From a virus (Duplodnaviria; Caudoviricetes), in the IMG/VR virus record IMGVR_UViG_3300047560_001406, positions 735-64,734 of that record: a DNA stretch of 64,000 bases; one strand, 5' to 3'. A model generated the notes under the pieces. That model worked only from the letters and a program-made list of their open reading frames with translations. It was not told the origin of the DNA and made no database searches. The number at the start of each line of letters is the position of its first letter. Position 1 is the stretch's first letter. Position numbers and translations under genes: made by a program. Below are positions 52,101-61,091 of the stretch, piece by piece.

Positions 52101-52793
52101 ATCTTTTGTAGATTCTAGAGATCCCAGCATTTTTACTACAAGAGACCCATCCTCAAGCCCATGAATTTTTTCTACTAGGTTTTCTGGAACTACTCCAGAT
52201 GAAGATGAAACAAACTCTTCTGACCATTGGCCTAGAGATAGACCATTAAATAAAAACGATGTTTCTGATGTAGTTGTATCAGAAAGGAATTCAATTTCAA
52301 AAAAAATAGAGTAATCTATATCTGTAGCGGTTGGTACATCAAATGTTTGAGATAGCATCAACCATTTATCGGAAATAATGGTTGGAAATCTTTTAGAAAC
52401 CTTATACTCTCCATAGGTTGCATCCTCATATACAACTCCCATAGTAACTGCAAGGATGTTATCAGCATTACCTTTAAAAAATGTAGACAGTGTAAAATTA
52501 CCAAGATAGTCGTTAAAATCAGAAAAGTTGCCAATCACTGGACTTCTAAGACTAACAGTTACAAGGTTAAGTGCTCCAACATTGGCAGAGGACACTTTAT
52601 AGAGATTTTCAGATTGCCTTGGTTTATCATATGATGACTCAATAGATATCTGTGAATTGCTATCCCACAATGTCATATCTTTATTAGAATTAGATATTGA
52701 TGACAGATAGTCACACTGATCCTGCAGAGACCAGAATCCTAGAGGATGCTCACGCAGTAATTTGGAGGTATAGAGGCTGAGAGAGTTTAACAT
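49131..52793 (-). CDS. Large putative virion protein with LamG/ConA-like beta-sandwich segments
   Basis: EHPLGFWSL N-terminus; YTFESWFRIN...HISM...MYLNAEEV pattern. Confidence 0.55.
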   Translation of the reverse strand: MLNSLSLYTSKLLREHPLGFWSLQDQCDYLSSISNSNKDMTLWDSNSQISIESSYDKPRQSENLYKVSSANVGALNLVTVSLRSPVIGNFSDFNDYLGNFTLSTFFKGNADNILAVTMGVVYEDATYGEYKVSKRFPTIISDKWLMLSQTFDVPTATDIDYSIFFEIEFLSDTTTSETSFLFNGLSLGQWSEEFVSSSSGVVPENLVEKIHGLEDGSLVVKMLGSLESTKDGYVIVNNNQLKARNAGIPLVYGSNTSLTLYPNGSSPSLVIPGMGFLNEIGQYKTYTFESWFRINAFVDTDIKIIGPVASQDGVYVNGPFLKLKLGSQEISHYVGEWYRPMLLHISMFKNNLIMYLNAEEVGRLIIDRESLTLPAQEDNGYSNDWIGFYRNELVDLFELGPVSIYSYPISNVLAKKRWVYGQGVDNPEALNTAFGGKNVSIDFQYSKYSNNYSYPKFRSWSAGISDNLSTNTDYLSIPSFKEITLQSPTLSKEEILANNLSQQNEDSEFILIPEHGYFYFENMNILPNETKSIVAVFKSLSQPSDDEEILLKLVDRVSGNFMSVTISGESIKYSYIHAGIKETIAETRGFYPGEKFAIGIDFDRFSEYFSNSSIRSFLNNKNSLSLYVAGDGVSKSFNGKVYSIGINNEFANTRLYDYFDQSGLVWNTEQVIDPINNADAGYYSTTFWQFLMDGGTVAQYAAEGLVENSDFSYKIHPLIKNGKMTLDSDINGSWTSTLPLSYFGKNVVAGNGQTYYDMDFIQFNVEYPSPSRNKIVESVSGSWTYQDLYLKYSHPSQKRYSDLDNHLYTGYIDYEDLKNNKTRSYVYDTSKSLARTYVYFKPTSSESFNKAYYSNTVLATNDGMVMPGTEWVNSRYEVVDGMIIYPPADIDFTEYSIAIDIDIKIDNISDKPLAIGNLALSSVALSDTVPTPIGTRFGSDIYPFTENGFYYDYKKRNPFTIYKGSTPHLYLTEKNGITLKGRFDSRTARGIEIPVNTTRTPNHKMIAMQMFAMYSQDFFPYSPTEVLDIKSDKSHIKFYIEAIQKDGLRGRIFAINVKTGQLENGIGYFINGQIVKDPVLTVKQWSAIGMGFSNYVDFSVTGGAIRITGPLTINNLSHYNGSSLQQVQTISPRPWFSVRESGYVHFDWSYWEGVFRWFEVLVLSSSNFYGIDPSDIYNSYVGTSKLIFNDVAKIRFNRKNGMRYRLFMDSKTTNFTLNAV

Positions 52794-52808
52794 TATGTAT
52801 CTATTTTA

Positions 52809-53336
52809 TCATACTAAACGTGTAAACCAGCGTGGTGTTGTATACCTAATTCCTTCCGAAATAGACTTAACTCCATGGACATAGTCTGGATTATCTGGAA
52901 ATGTTAGCAGATCTCCTGGTTCTGGTTTGTATGAAATGTCATATTCTGGAAAATAGATTTCTCCACCAAGGTAGTCATTATTTATATATATTAATGTAGC
53001 AATATCATTTGGTTTTCCAGCATCAAAGTGCTCATGCATACCCCACCCTGGCTCAAACCTAGCTATATGAGACATTAATGGGTCATACTGCTTAAACGGA
53101 CCACCATATTGATCTAGAACAAAGTCATAGACTTTCTGCCCCCATTCGGTCACCAGTGACCTAATAGAGCCTGTCTCTTCATCATTTCTTTTGAACACAT
53201 TAACTTTAAATTCTTTTTCGTTATTTCCATATTCATCAAATTCATTATCATATTTAGTAGCATAATCATTTATCAAGATTGCTACATCTTTTGGCATAAA
53301 GCCTTTTATATAATGTATCTGTGATGCGTCTTTCAT
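52809..53336 (-). CDS. 2OG-Fe(II) oxygenase, prolyl 4-hydroxylase-like
   Basis: HEHFD...YINNDYLGGEIYF...PGDLLTFP...HGVKSISEGIRYT; start reassigned to MKDAS. Confidence 0.88.
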   Translation of the reverse strand: MKDASQIHYIKGFMPKDVAILINDYATKYDNEFDEYGNNEKEFKVNVFKRNDEETGSIRSLVTEWGQKVYDFVLDQYGGPFKQYDPLMSHIARFEPGWGMHEHFDAGKPNDIATLIYINNDYLGGEIYFPEYDISYKPEPGDLLTFPDNPDYVHGVKSISEGIRYTTPRWFTRLV

Positions 53337-53485
53337 AGAAATGTTGCTCCTTGGTGTTTTGGCACATTGGTTGCACCACAATTATTACATGTAAGTCTAA
53401 TAATTCCAGTAACTGGGCAGACAGGACCTTGGACAACCTCATGCCCTCTCATTTTACACATAATTGCCTTTAGCCATTGCTTCAT
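53333..53485 (-). CDS. Small Cys/His zinc-binding protein, 50 aa
   Basis: Manual ORF MKQWLKAIMCKMRGHEVVQGPVCPVTGIIRLTCNNCGATNVPKHQGATFL with ATGA overlaps on both sides. Confidence 0.7.
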   Translation of the reverse strand: MKQWLKAIMCKMRGHEVVQGPVCPVTGIIRLTCNNCGATNVPKHQGATFL

Positions 53486-54174
53486 GACAATTTTATCCAA
53501 TGCTTTAGCACATAGTCTGGATCTTCTGTTCTAGATATATCATCAATACTTCTAGTGTCATAGGCTATTGTAATTCTTCGTCTGTTGTTTGGACCACCAT
53601 TCCACCATCCACGTGTATGTAGCTGTCCAGTTTCAGAAATTACTGCACGACCATTTATGTTTATGTTATCAAATGGTGTCACCTTATGAATTTTGTAATG
53701 AGTAACTGATGGCTCTGCATCAACACAGAAATATCCATGTAGCTCAGGCATTCCTTCACCACTTCCATGGTCATGAAGGTTTTGCTCAATCATATTCTTG
53801 GCATAGTCTTCTTCGTTTCCGTGATCAGCATTTTCAATATTGACCCATCCCTGAACATAGTAGTTCGACTCAGCGAAGCTTGTTCCATAGTATGAACATG
53901 CCTCCTGTGCCATAGACAAGACATTCTCAAATAGTTGCTTGATTACTGGATGGTCGTAGTGGAATATGTTGTAATAACTAAGAAGTCTTGTGGTCATTCC
54001 ACCAAGCTTATCTTTTTCTGATGCAAATTCTTTGGAAACGCCATCTATTTTTCCATCTAACAAATCCTGCTCTACAGTTAGACAAAAAGAATACAAATCA
54101 TTAAGCTGGTCATTAGTTACTGCCAGCCTTCTTTCAAAGAACTTGTGTGGTGGCTTTTCTTTCATAGCTATCAT
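53482..54174 (-). CDS. Putative 2OG-Fe(II) oxygenase (HxH type)
   Basis: QGWVNI...LHDH...HGYFCV...LH...RITIAYD; paralog of the next gene. Confidence 0.7.
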   Translation of the reverse strand: MIAMKEKPPHKFFERRLAVTNDQLNDLYSFCLTVEQDLLDGKIDGVSKEFASEKDKLGGMTTRLLSYYNIFHYDHPVIKQLFENVLSMAQEACSYYGTSFAESNYYVQGWVNIENADHGNEEDYAKNMIEQNLHDHGSGEGMPELHGYFCVDAEPSVTHYKIHKVTPFDNININGRAVISETGQLHTRGWWNGGPNNRRRITIAYDTRSIDDISRTEDPDYVLKHWIKLS

Positions 54175-54836
54175 GCCAATGGAATCCAGTGTTGTTCATG
54201 TGAATACCCTCCACGCTTCAAGTACTCTAGTGGAGTTACGTCATATGCAACAGTAATTCTTGGGCCTTGCCAATCCCAATCTCCCATTGCATGTGGGTGT
54301 CCCATTTCAGAAAGAATTGCACGATTGTTCTTGTTAATATTTTCTACTTCATTATCGAAAACAATGTAGTGTGTTGACGATGGTTCTGCTGCTACGCAAT
54401 AGTATCCATGAAAATCTGGAGCTCCTGGTCCACCATGCTCATGCCAATTTAGCTTTCCATTTCCAGCATGGTTAATATTAAACCATCCTTGAATCATAAA
54501 TTTTTGTGCTTCAAAATCAATCTCGTAGTGGTCACACGCTTCTCTAACCATTTCGCCGATTGCTTTATAAAGATTATAGATACCATCAATGTGGAACTGG
54601 AAAACATTGTACTGTCTCCACTTCATTGTAGAGATACTGTTAGAATCTTTCCAAAGTTCAAATGGTGTTACTGGCGTTACGCCGTTAAGTTTTGCTTGCT
54701 CAATTAAAGAGTATCTATCCTGTAACTCTTTTGTAAGTACATCCAGATCATTATCTAGATATCTTTCAAAGAACTTGTGTCCTTGAGTTGTCTTGCTGAT
54801 ACTTCTAAGAGGTGTTTGATCTTTATACATCCCCAT
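54171..54836 (-). CDS. Putative 2OG-Fe(II) oxygenase (HxH type)
   Basis: QGWFNI...WHEH...HGYYCV...PH...RITVAYD. Confidence 0.7.
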   Translation of the reverse strand: MGMYKDQTPLRSISKTTQGHKFFERYLDNDLDVLTKELQDRYSLIEQAKLNGVTPVTPFELWKDSNSISTMKWRQYNVFQFHIDGIYNLYKAIGEMVREACDHYEIDFEAQKFMIQGWFNINHAGNGKLNWHEHGGPGAPDFHGYYCVAAEPSSTHYIVFDNEVENINKNNRAILSEMGHPHAMGDWDWQGPRITVAYDVTPLEYLKRGGYSHEQHWIPLA

Positions 54837-54846
54837 ACTCCGTTCT

Positions 54847-54875
54847 GTGTATAAAACTATTATACACTATACCAC
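54847..54875 (-). promoter_or_regulatory. Promoter with palindrome upstream of the oxygenase cluster
   Basis: GTGTATAA-N5-TTATACAC perfect inverted repeat overlapping TATAAT; a second TGGTATAGT just upstream. Confidence 0.55.
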
Positions 54876-54885
54876 GGATACTGGC

Positions 54886-55698
54886 TTATCTAAAGCCGAA
54901 GACGCTGAATGGTGAGAAGCCAAATACTCCAAAGAAGCCAAACACACCGAATGGCCCAAATCCAAACACACCAAATGGAGAGAATCCAAACACACCAAAT
55001 GGGCCAAATCCGAATACTCCAAATGGAGAGAATCCGAATACGTTAAATGGAGAGAATCCGAATACACCAAAAAAGCTGAACACTGAGAATGGAACGAACG
55101 TAAAGGTTGTAACCTGACCAGAATATGGAGACCAGTCTGAGTTACCATTAGCGTTTGTAGCATATAGTCTATATGACTGAGCTGTTCCTGCCTCTTGGTT
55201 AATGGTTACAGATGTCGATGTTGTATCGCCAGACTTAGAATCATCAGACTCCCAGTGATAATTAGAAATTGCTTTACCACCGTCAGCTGGTGCTGACCAT
55301 GAAATAGTATCTTGTGCAACATTTGAAACTGTTGATGCAGACGGCTGTCCTGGCGTTTGTGGCACTGTGGTTGCAGTAATAGAAGCAGATGCAGATGATG
55401 CATCAGAATTTCCATATGAGTTTGTTGCAACAACTGTAAATGTATAAGCAGTATTTGATTGCAATCCAGCTACTGTAATAGGAGAAGATGATCCTGTTCC
55501 TGTATATCCACCTGGAGATGAAGTTACAGTATAAGATGTTGCTGGTTGTGAGTTAGATGGCAAAGAGAAGGCAACTGAAGCAGCTCCATTATTATATGCT
55601 CTATTTGTACCAACATCTATTGCAGTTACGCTAGTTGGTGCTAATGGTTGCAAGAAGTCGTTTGACTGCTGCGAGTGTCTACCTGCTCTTTTGCTCAT
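54886..55698 (-). CDS. Two fibronectin type III domains plus Phe-rich repeat tail
   Basis: Fn3 motifs ITVAGLQSNTAYTFTVVATN..G.S and ISWSAPADGG..I..Y; C-terminal (FGFxPFxV)n. Confidence 0.85.
   Translation of the reverse strand: MSKRAGRHSQQSNDFLQPLAPTSVTAIDVGTNRAYNNGAASVAFSLPSNSQPATSYTVTSSPGGYTGTGSSSPITVAGLQSNTAYTFTVVATNSYGNSDASSASASITATTVPQTPGQPSASTVSNVAQDTISWSAPADGGKAISNYHWESDDSKSGDTTSTSVTINQEAGTAQSYRLYATNANGNSDWSPYSGQVTTFTFVPFSVFSFFGVFGFSPFNVFGFSPFGVFGFGPFGVFGFSPFGVFGFGPFGVFGFFGVFGFSPFSVFGFR
54889..55104 (-). repeat. Coding repeat (F-G-F-x-P-F-x-V), 9 units plus FGFR
   Basis: 72 codons, 29 Phe; 24-nt degenerate units with two 18-nt variants. Confidence 0.95.
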
Positions 55699-55722
55699 CT
55701 ATGTATCCTTATCTAAGTAGTT

Positions 55723-57432
55723 TTAAGCTGAAAGGTCTCCATACACAACCCAAGTATCTGTTGCTCTCTTGAACAGAGTTGCAGATGACCACTGTGTACG
55801 TAGTTTTAGTCCTGGTGTAGCATTTACTGTTACTCCTGCTGCTCCAGCAATTGTAATTTGTCCTGCTCCAGTTTGAAGAATATCAAATGATGTTCCAACT
55901 GGATATGCAACTGATGCATTTGTTGGAATTGTAACTGTAACTCCAGATGCTGAAGAAATTTCAATCATCTTGTCACGGTCAGTTAGAACTGGAGTATATG
56001 CACCAGTTTGCTGATTGATAGCTGTTAATGATGGTACGCCTTGTTTTACCTGCACACCATCTGAGAATTCTACTCCGCCTAGTTTAACGGTGTCATATGT
56101 TGCTGTTGAGAAATCAACAACATTGCTCGTAGGTTCTGAGCCACCAGAGATAAGCTTCCACTTGCCATCTGAGGCATCACGAACAAGTCCTGTGTGGAAG
56201 TGACCTGCACCTGAATCTCCATAAGCACCGAAGATACCAATATCTACAACATCTGTATCATACTGTGTTGATGATAGGTAGATAAGTGAATCTGTAAGCT
56301 CTAGATTTGCAGATGATACAGTTGTAGTTGTACCATTTACAGTTAGATTACCTGAAATTGTAAGATTTTCTGCTGTAGCATTTCCAGTAAGTGCTGGTGC
56401 TGCTAGAGGGGCCTTAGCTGCAAGAGCAGTATCTAGGCCAGAAATCTTTGATGTAGCAATAGCTGCAGAACCATTAATGTCAGCATTTACGATTGTTCCA
56501 TCAGCAATCTTTGCAGATGTAACTGCCCCATCAACTAACTTTGCAGTAGAAACTGTATTGTCAGTTGGTGTACGTGTATCTGATAGACGTGAATCAGTTG
56601 TAACTACAAGTGCAGATGTATCTGCAATTCCGTGTACTGAAGTAGTATCAGAATTGTGTGTAGAAATTGATGACTCTACACCAGTTGTTGTAGCTAAGCT
56701 TGAGTCAGCTGATACAACGATAGTGTTTGCTGAATCATTATATGTTACAAGAATTCCATCAGATCCACTTGTGATTGACGCTACTGCATCCTGTGCACGT
56801 TCATTTGTAAAATATAGATTTGTACCTTCCGCAACATTTGTTGTTGCAATGTTATTTACTTGAGTTTGAAGGCTTGAAAGTTGTCCATTTGTGGTATCAA
56901 GGTCTCCTGCTACAGCAGCAATTGCTGTATTTGCAGTAGAAATTTCTGTTGTATGTGTTGATGTTAGACCCTGGAGTGCTCCGATGTCAGTAACTGCATC
57001 ATTAAGAGCTGTTGTTGTTTCTCCTGCTGTTGTTTGTAGAGCAGTGATATCTGTTACAAAGTCAGCAACCTGATCATCAACATATGTTGTAAGATCTGTC
57101 AATCCACCAGCAATTTCGTTAAGTGTATCTAAAGCTTCTGGAGAACCCTGAATAATGTTTGAAAGTTGAGAAACTGGGATAGCTGCAGCACCATCAAGTG
57201 TGGCAACACCATTAGCTGCACCCTTTTCTGTAAGGAGAATATAGTCGTCAAGGGATCCACCTAGGTCTTCTAGGTTCTTAAAGTAAGATAGGTCTGCCCA
57301 GTTAGTAATACCGTCACCCATCTTGAACTGACCTGTATCAGTCTCAAAACCGATCTCACCAGCAGATAGAATAGGGTTTGCAGTAGTCCATTGTGTTGCA
57401 GTTCCTCTGCGTTGCTGCATTCTTGTTGCCAT
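55723..57432 (-). CDS. Tail fibre-like protein with Mtd-type N-terminal domain
   Basis: RMQQRRGTATQW..NPIL..GEIGFETDT..FKMGDG; coiled coil; C-terminal YT.VLTD...TIP...W...GDLSA domain. Confidence 0.8.
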   Translation of the reverse strand: MATRMQQRRGTATQWTTANPILSAGEIGFETDTGQFKMGDGITNWADLSYFKNLEDLGGSLDDYILLTEKGAANGVATLDGAAAIPVSQLSNIIQGSPEALDTLNEIAGGLTDLTTYVDDQVADFVTDITALQTTAGETTTALNDAVTDIGALQGLTSTHTTEISTANTAIAAVAGDLDTTNGQLSSLQTQVNNIATTNVAEGTNLYFTNERAQDAVASITSGSDGILVTYNDSANTIVVSADSSLATTTGVESSISTHNSDTTSVHGIADTSALVVTTDSRLSDTRTPTDNTVSTAKLVDGAVTSAKIADGTIVNADINGSAAIATSKISGLDTALAAKAPLAAPALTGNATAENLTISGNLTVNGTTTTVSSANLELTDSLIYLSSTQYDTDVVDIGIFGAYGDSGAGHFHTGLVRDASDGKWKLISGGSEPTSNVVDFSTATYDTVKLGGVEFSDGVQVKQGVPSLTAINQQTGAYTPVLTDRDKMIEISSASGVTVTIPTNASVAYPVGTSFDILQTGAGQITIAGAAGVTVNATPGLKLRTQWSSATLFKRATDTWVVYGDLSA

Positions 57433-57484
57433 AGTTGTTCTCCTCTTTCAGGATTGTATCCTGCTTTATATTATATCCTATGTT

Positions 57485-57946
57485 TTAATTAAAATTATCA
57501 GTTACAGAGCCACCATCGAAGATTAAAGTGAATTCTGTTGAGCTTGGGCTTCCGCCATCAATACCACTCGACATAGGTGCTTGAGGTATTGATCCACCTT
57601 CACGGAAGGTAGAAGTAATTAAACCAGTTCCGCCAATAGATGTATCGTGAATGTGCTGAGTCAAATTAATTGTGTCATCAATATTAGCGACAGTAAGCCA
57701 TCCATCTGTTTCATCATAGATATTAATTCTTTTTGTGATTGTGTCATACCACATCTTACCTGCAGTAGCACTTTCAGGTGCAGTAGAGGCAACAGTAATA
57801 CCAGAAGCTTGAGCATTCAGATATCCACGTGTAACAACGTGAGTATCGTCAGTTGGATCTGATGCGACGATTGGTCCACCAAATATACCACCCTCTGCTA
57901 CCTGGATTCCATTTTTTACTTTGAAATCCTTGTTTACTGTTGCCAT
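57485..57946 (-). CDS. Fibre-associated structural protein
   Basis: MATVNKDFKVKNG N-terminus shared with the neighbour; AP...GKMWYDT motif. Confidence 0.6.
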   Translation of the reverse strand: MATVNKDFKVKNGIQVAEGGIFGGPIVASDPTDDTHVVTRGYLNAQASGITVASTAPESATAGKMWYDTITKRINIYDETDGWLTVANIDDTINLTQHIHDTSIGGTGLITSTFREGGSIPQAPMSSGIDGGSPSSTEFTLIFDGGSVTDNFN

Positions 57947-57959
57947 CTACTTACTCCCT

Positions 57960-59375
57960 TTACTTAATAACTGTTCCGTATACTGTAACTACAGAATTAT
58001 TGTTTGCTGTTGTAACACGAAGTCTTGCATTACCAGCATTAATATCAGCTGTAATTGTTGATGCTGAGCCATTAGTACCAACAACAGCATATTCTGAGAT
58101 TGCGATGTTGTTTGATGCATCAAGTGTAAGCATTACCTTTGATAGTTCTGTGTGTGAACCATAAGCAACCTTAACTGTGTACTCTGCAGAACGGTATACT
58201 GCTGTGTCAAATGCGTGTGCTGTAATCTGGCTTGCAGTTGGAACATCTGTCTGTGTGGCAATGTGTGCTACAAGACCATTAATGTCAACTTCAGTGAAGT
58301 TTGGAACTACAGCCTCAAGTGCATCTACTGCACGAGCATCTGTGAAGTAAAGGTTTGAACCTTCTGCAAGATCAGATGTTGTAGAATCTGCGATACCATT
58401 TTCAGCAACAAAGTCATAGGCACCTGTTCCTGTGTTGTATGTCACAGAGATGTTTGTCTGAGTTCCAAGTGTAATTGGATCAATCATTGCATTTTCTACA
58501 CGTGAGTTATTGAAGTAAAGGTTATCCTGTCCTTCTTCAATAGCATCTGTTGTGAGAGCACCAATCTCTGAGTCTGTGTAAGACTTAGCATTATTTTCTG
58601 CTGTATTGGCATAGCCTTGTGCTGCTGTATTAAGGCTAGAGATTTCTCCATCAACATATGTTGTATCAGCCTTAGTCGCTACTAAATTAGCCACATCTGA
58701 TGCATAGTTTGGATTATCTGCAATTGCAGCTGCAAGCTCATTAAGAGTATCTAGAAGAGCTGGTGCTGAATCTACAAGATCTGCAACCTTTCCATCTGTA
58801 TATGAATTTGCATCTGTAAGTGCTTGGCTAGCAGCTCCAAGTGCATCATATGTACCAGCAAGATTTAGATTTGTGATTGCTGTATTTGTATAATTATTTG
58901 CATTACCTTCTGCATTGTTTGCTGCATCATTTGCATAACCTTGTGCATCTGTTTGTGTTGCAATCTGGTTACCCCAGATAGTAGCCACTCCGTCTGGACG
59001 AAGGTCAATATCTGAGTTTTGTGTTGTAATGATTACTTTTTGATTTGCATCAAGTACGATATTGTTTGAATCCCAGGACTTGATGTATAGATCATCGTCT
59101 GTAGCATCAATTTTTCCAGCATTACCAATACGTACATCTGGGGTTGTTAATTTTGAATCAAGATCAATTTGTCCAGCTGCAAAGTTGCCAAAACCATCAC
59201 GCTTTACAACTGTGTCTGGGTTATTATCTCTTGTAGCTGTACCACCAATAAGGTTGACAATGTAATCTTGGTCATCTTGCTTTTTGGTGAGAATATCATA
59301 GTTATTGACGGTAGCATTTGCACCTTCAACAACAAGTCCACTCTTAACCTTAAAGTCTTTAGTGACTGTTGCCAT
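57960..59375 (-). CDS. Tail fibre-like structural protein
   Basis: SAPALLDTLNELAAAI and repeated TxxxxEGxNLYF motifs, also present in 55723..57432. Confidence 0.7.
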   Translation of the reverse strand: MATVTKDFKVKSGLVVEGANATVNNYDILTKKQDDQDYIVNLIGGTATRDNNPDTVVKRDGFGNFAAGQIDLDSKLTTPDVRIGNAGKIDATDDDLYIKSWDSNNIVLDANQKVIITTQNSDIDLRPDGVATIWGNQIATQTDAQGYANDAANNAEGNANNYTNTAITNLNLAGTYDALGAASQALTDANSYTDGKVADLVDSAPALLDTLNELAAAIADNPNYASDVANLVATKADTTYVDGEISSLNTAAQGYANTAENNAKSYTDSEIGALTTDAIEEGQDNLYFNNSRVENAMIDPITLGTQTNISVTYNTGTGAYDFVAENGIADSTTSDLAEGSNLYFTDARAVDALEAVVPNFTEVDINGLVAHIATQTDVPTASQITAHAFDTAVYRSAEYTVKVAYGSHTELSKVMLTLDASNNIAISEYAVVGTNGSASTITADINAGNARLRVTTANNNSVVTVYGTVIK

Positions 59376-59397
59376 TTTGTTTTATCTCCTTGTTAGA

Positions 59398-59844
59398 TTA
59401 CGCCTTTAATCCCATACGTGCGAAACGTACAGTAATCGGACGAATTATTGCATCTGGTGTTACAATCAAACTGACTGTATCATCAATGCGAGAGACGCTA
59501 ACGGTGCCCATATTCCCATCATTGTCAATTGTGCCGTATTCTGTTACGCTGATATTATCAGCATCACAAAGAACGGTCAACTCTGTTGCGTAGAACTTAT
59601 TGTCTCCATTTGTCAATTTTGAAATTGAGACAATATATTTAATCATTCTCCACTCTGTAGCATCAAATGTATCTACAATTGTAGAGCTTTCAATTCCTGT
59701 AATAGTATTCTCATTATTACCAAATGTGCCTAAATCAGTAGCCTGAGCTGTGGCGGTATCGATAAGAGAAGTATAATCACTCTGAGTAGGACGATCTCCA
59801 GTCTCAAATAGTGTCTTTACGTTAGGGATTGTAGTTCTAGCCAT
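59398..59844 (-). CDS. Fibre-associated structural protein
   Basis: FETGDRPTQSDY..LID N-terminus; C-domain resembles that of 57960..59375. Confidence 0.6.
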   Translation of the reverse strand: MARTTIPNVKTLFETGDRPTQSDYTSLIDTATAQATDLGTFGNNENTITGIESSTIVDTFDATEWRMIKYIVSISKLTNGDNKFYATELTVLCDADNISVTEYGTIDNDGNMGTVSVSRIDDTVSLIVTPDAIIRPITVRFARMGLKA

Positions 59845-59873
59845 GGTTATATTATACAGTATATTTACACATT

Positions 59874-60152
59874 TTAACGAATGTAATTGCTGTGACCAAT
59901 GATTGCTACGCCAATAGAAGCAACATTATCTCTTGTATAATTTTCAGAAGTTACCTGTCTAAATTCAACCTTGAATGGTAGTTGCTCAACTATGTCAACT
60001 CTAGATAGGAACTGTGTTCCATTTACTGATATTGAGCCTGTTTGTGGAAATGTAGAAGAAACTTCTGCAATGGGATTCTTTGTAGATAAACCCCATAGGC
60101 TTGGATTGAATCCTGGAATTTTAGTCTGTTTAGATATTACTACAGATGCCAT
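59874..60152 (-). CDS. Hypothetical protein
   Basis: 92-aa ORF coupled to the upstream gene. Confidence 0.55.
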   Translation of the reverse strand: MASVVISKQTKIPGFNPSLWGLSTKNPIAEVSSTFPQTGSISVNGTQFLSRVDIVEQLPFKVEFRQVTSENYTRDNVASIGVAIIGHSNYIR

Positions 60153-60553
60153 TATCGATCAGTTACCTCTGCGATGATAGTCATAATTCCACGGCATACC
60201 GTCCAAACTACGACAGCATCGGAGAGCTGAACGTCAAAAATATCACCAGTCTGAAGCAGCTTGCATTGTGCAGGCAAAAGCTTAACTGTGAACTCACCAG
60301 TGACATCAAATTCAGTTGCTTCTGGAGTAATTGAAAATAAAAGTTGAGTTCCTCTTCTAAAGTCTGCTTTAATAGTATAATCAGCAACAGTTATTGGGTT
60401 TGCTGAATCGTCTTCAACATAGCACTTAAAAGCAGCATAGTCACCCTTTACAGCTGTCCACCTAACAATTGGTGGAGTAGCTCCAACCTCAATCTCACCA
60501 GCAGCATTAACTGCCTGAGTTGAAGTTGTGGTTGTTGTTCTCAATACTGTCAT
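60152..60553 (-). CDS. BppU N-terminal-like structural protein
   Basis: KGD...DY.IKA.FR...FDVQL....TV.RG.MTI...VT; similar to 63315..63692. Confidence 0.55.
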   Translation of the reverse strand: MTVLRTTTTTSTQAVNAAGEIEVGATPPIVRWTAVKGDYAAFKCYVEDDSANPITVADYTIKADFRRGTQLLFSITPEATEFDVTGEFTVKLLPAQCKLLQTGDIFDVQLSDAVVVWTVCRGIMTIIAEVTDR

Positions 60554-60572
60554 AGTTTTATTATATCATTAA

Positions 60573-61091
60573 TTATGATAGACCAGCCTTAAGTGATCCC
60601 CATGTTGGACTTGACTTAGAGCCAACGATAATAGAGCCATTTAATGATGGGTGTACAACCGTAGCAATAGCAGTTCCTAGTCCAGAAGCATCATCTGGGT
60701 CACTAGTGAGACCTCCAAATGCACCAACATATAAAACTTGTCCAGCTGAATATGATGATGTATTAATATTATTTATAACTCCTGCTACAACAGCTACGCC
60801 AGTTGAAGATGCTGCAATATCTGATCTAACTAATCCCAAAATTGGTCCAGGGTGACTAACATCAACCTTATTAATAAGAACATTGGTTCCATCGTGACCA
60901 ACAACTCTTACTGGAGAACCTGCAGAGATTGTTGATGATGAAGAGTTTTTAACTGGAATATCAACATACGATGCTTGTGGAAGAACAGCATCAAGTCTTT
61001 CGGTAAGTGTCTTGATATCCCCATGTACGTTAACTGCATCTCCAGATTGTGGAAATGGAAGTTCGTAATTAGTAGTTTTTCCTGTAGCCAT
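60573..61091 (-). CDS. Structural/decoration-like protein
   Basis: TTNYELPFP...DI..L...LD N-terminus; N.S..TI.AG.PV...GQVLYV...G.LT domain. Confidence 0.55.
   Translation of the reverse strand: MATGKTTNYELPFPQSGDAVNVHGDIKTLTERLDAVLPQASYVDIPVKNSSSSTISAGSPVRVVGHDGTNVLINKVDVSHPGPILGLVRSDIAASSTGVAVVAGVINNINTSSYSAGQVLYVGAFGGLTSDPDDASGLGTAIATVVHPSLNGSIIVGSKSSPTWGSLKAGLS

Noticed and set aside
54889-55104. Possible CRISPR array or diversity-generating retroelement TR/VR pair formed by the repeats (an Mtd-type domain is nearby)
   Set aside because: Units are in-frame codon repeats without unique spacers, differences are mostly synonymous rather than adenine-specific, and no reverse transcriptase is in the window.
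54812-55117. Plus-strand ORF with PNTPNGEN repeats, and the similar ORF at 60975..61415
   Set aside because: Antisense shadows of the Phe-rich repeats; no expression signals seen, and all credible genes are on the minus strand.
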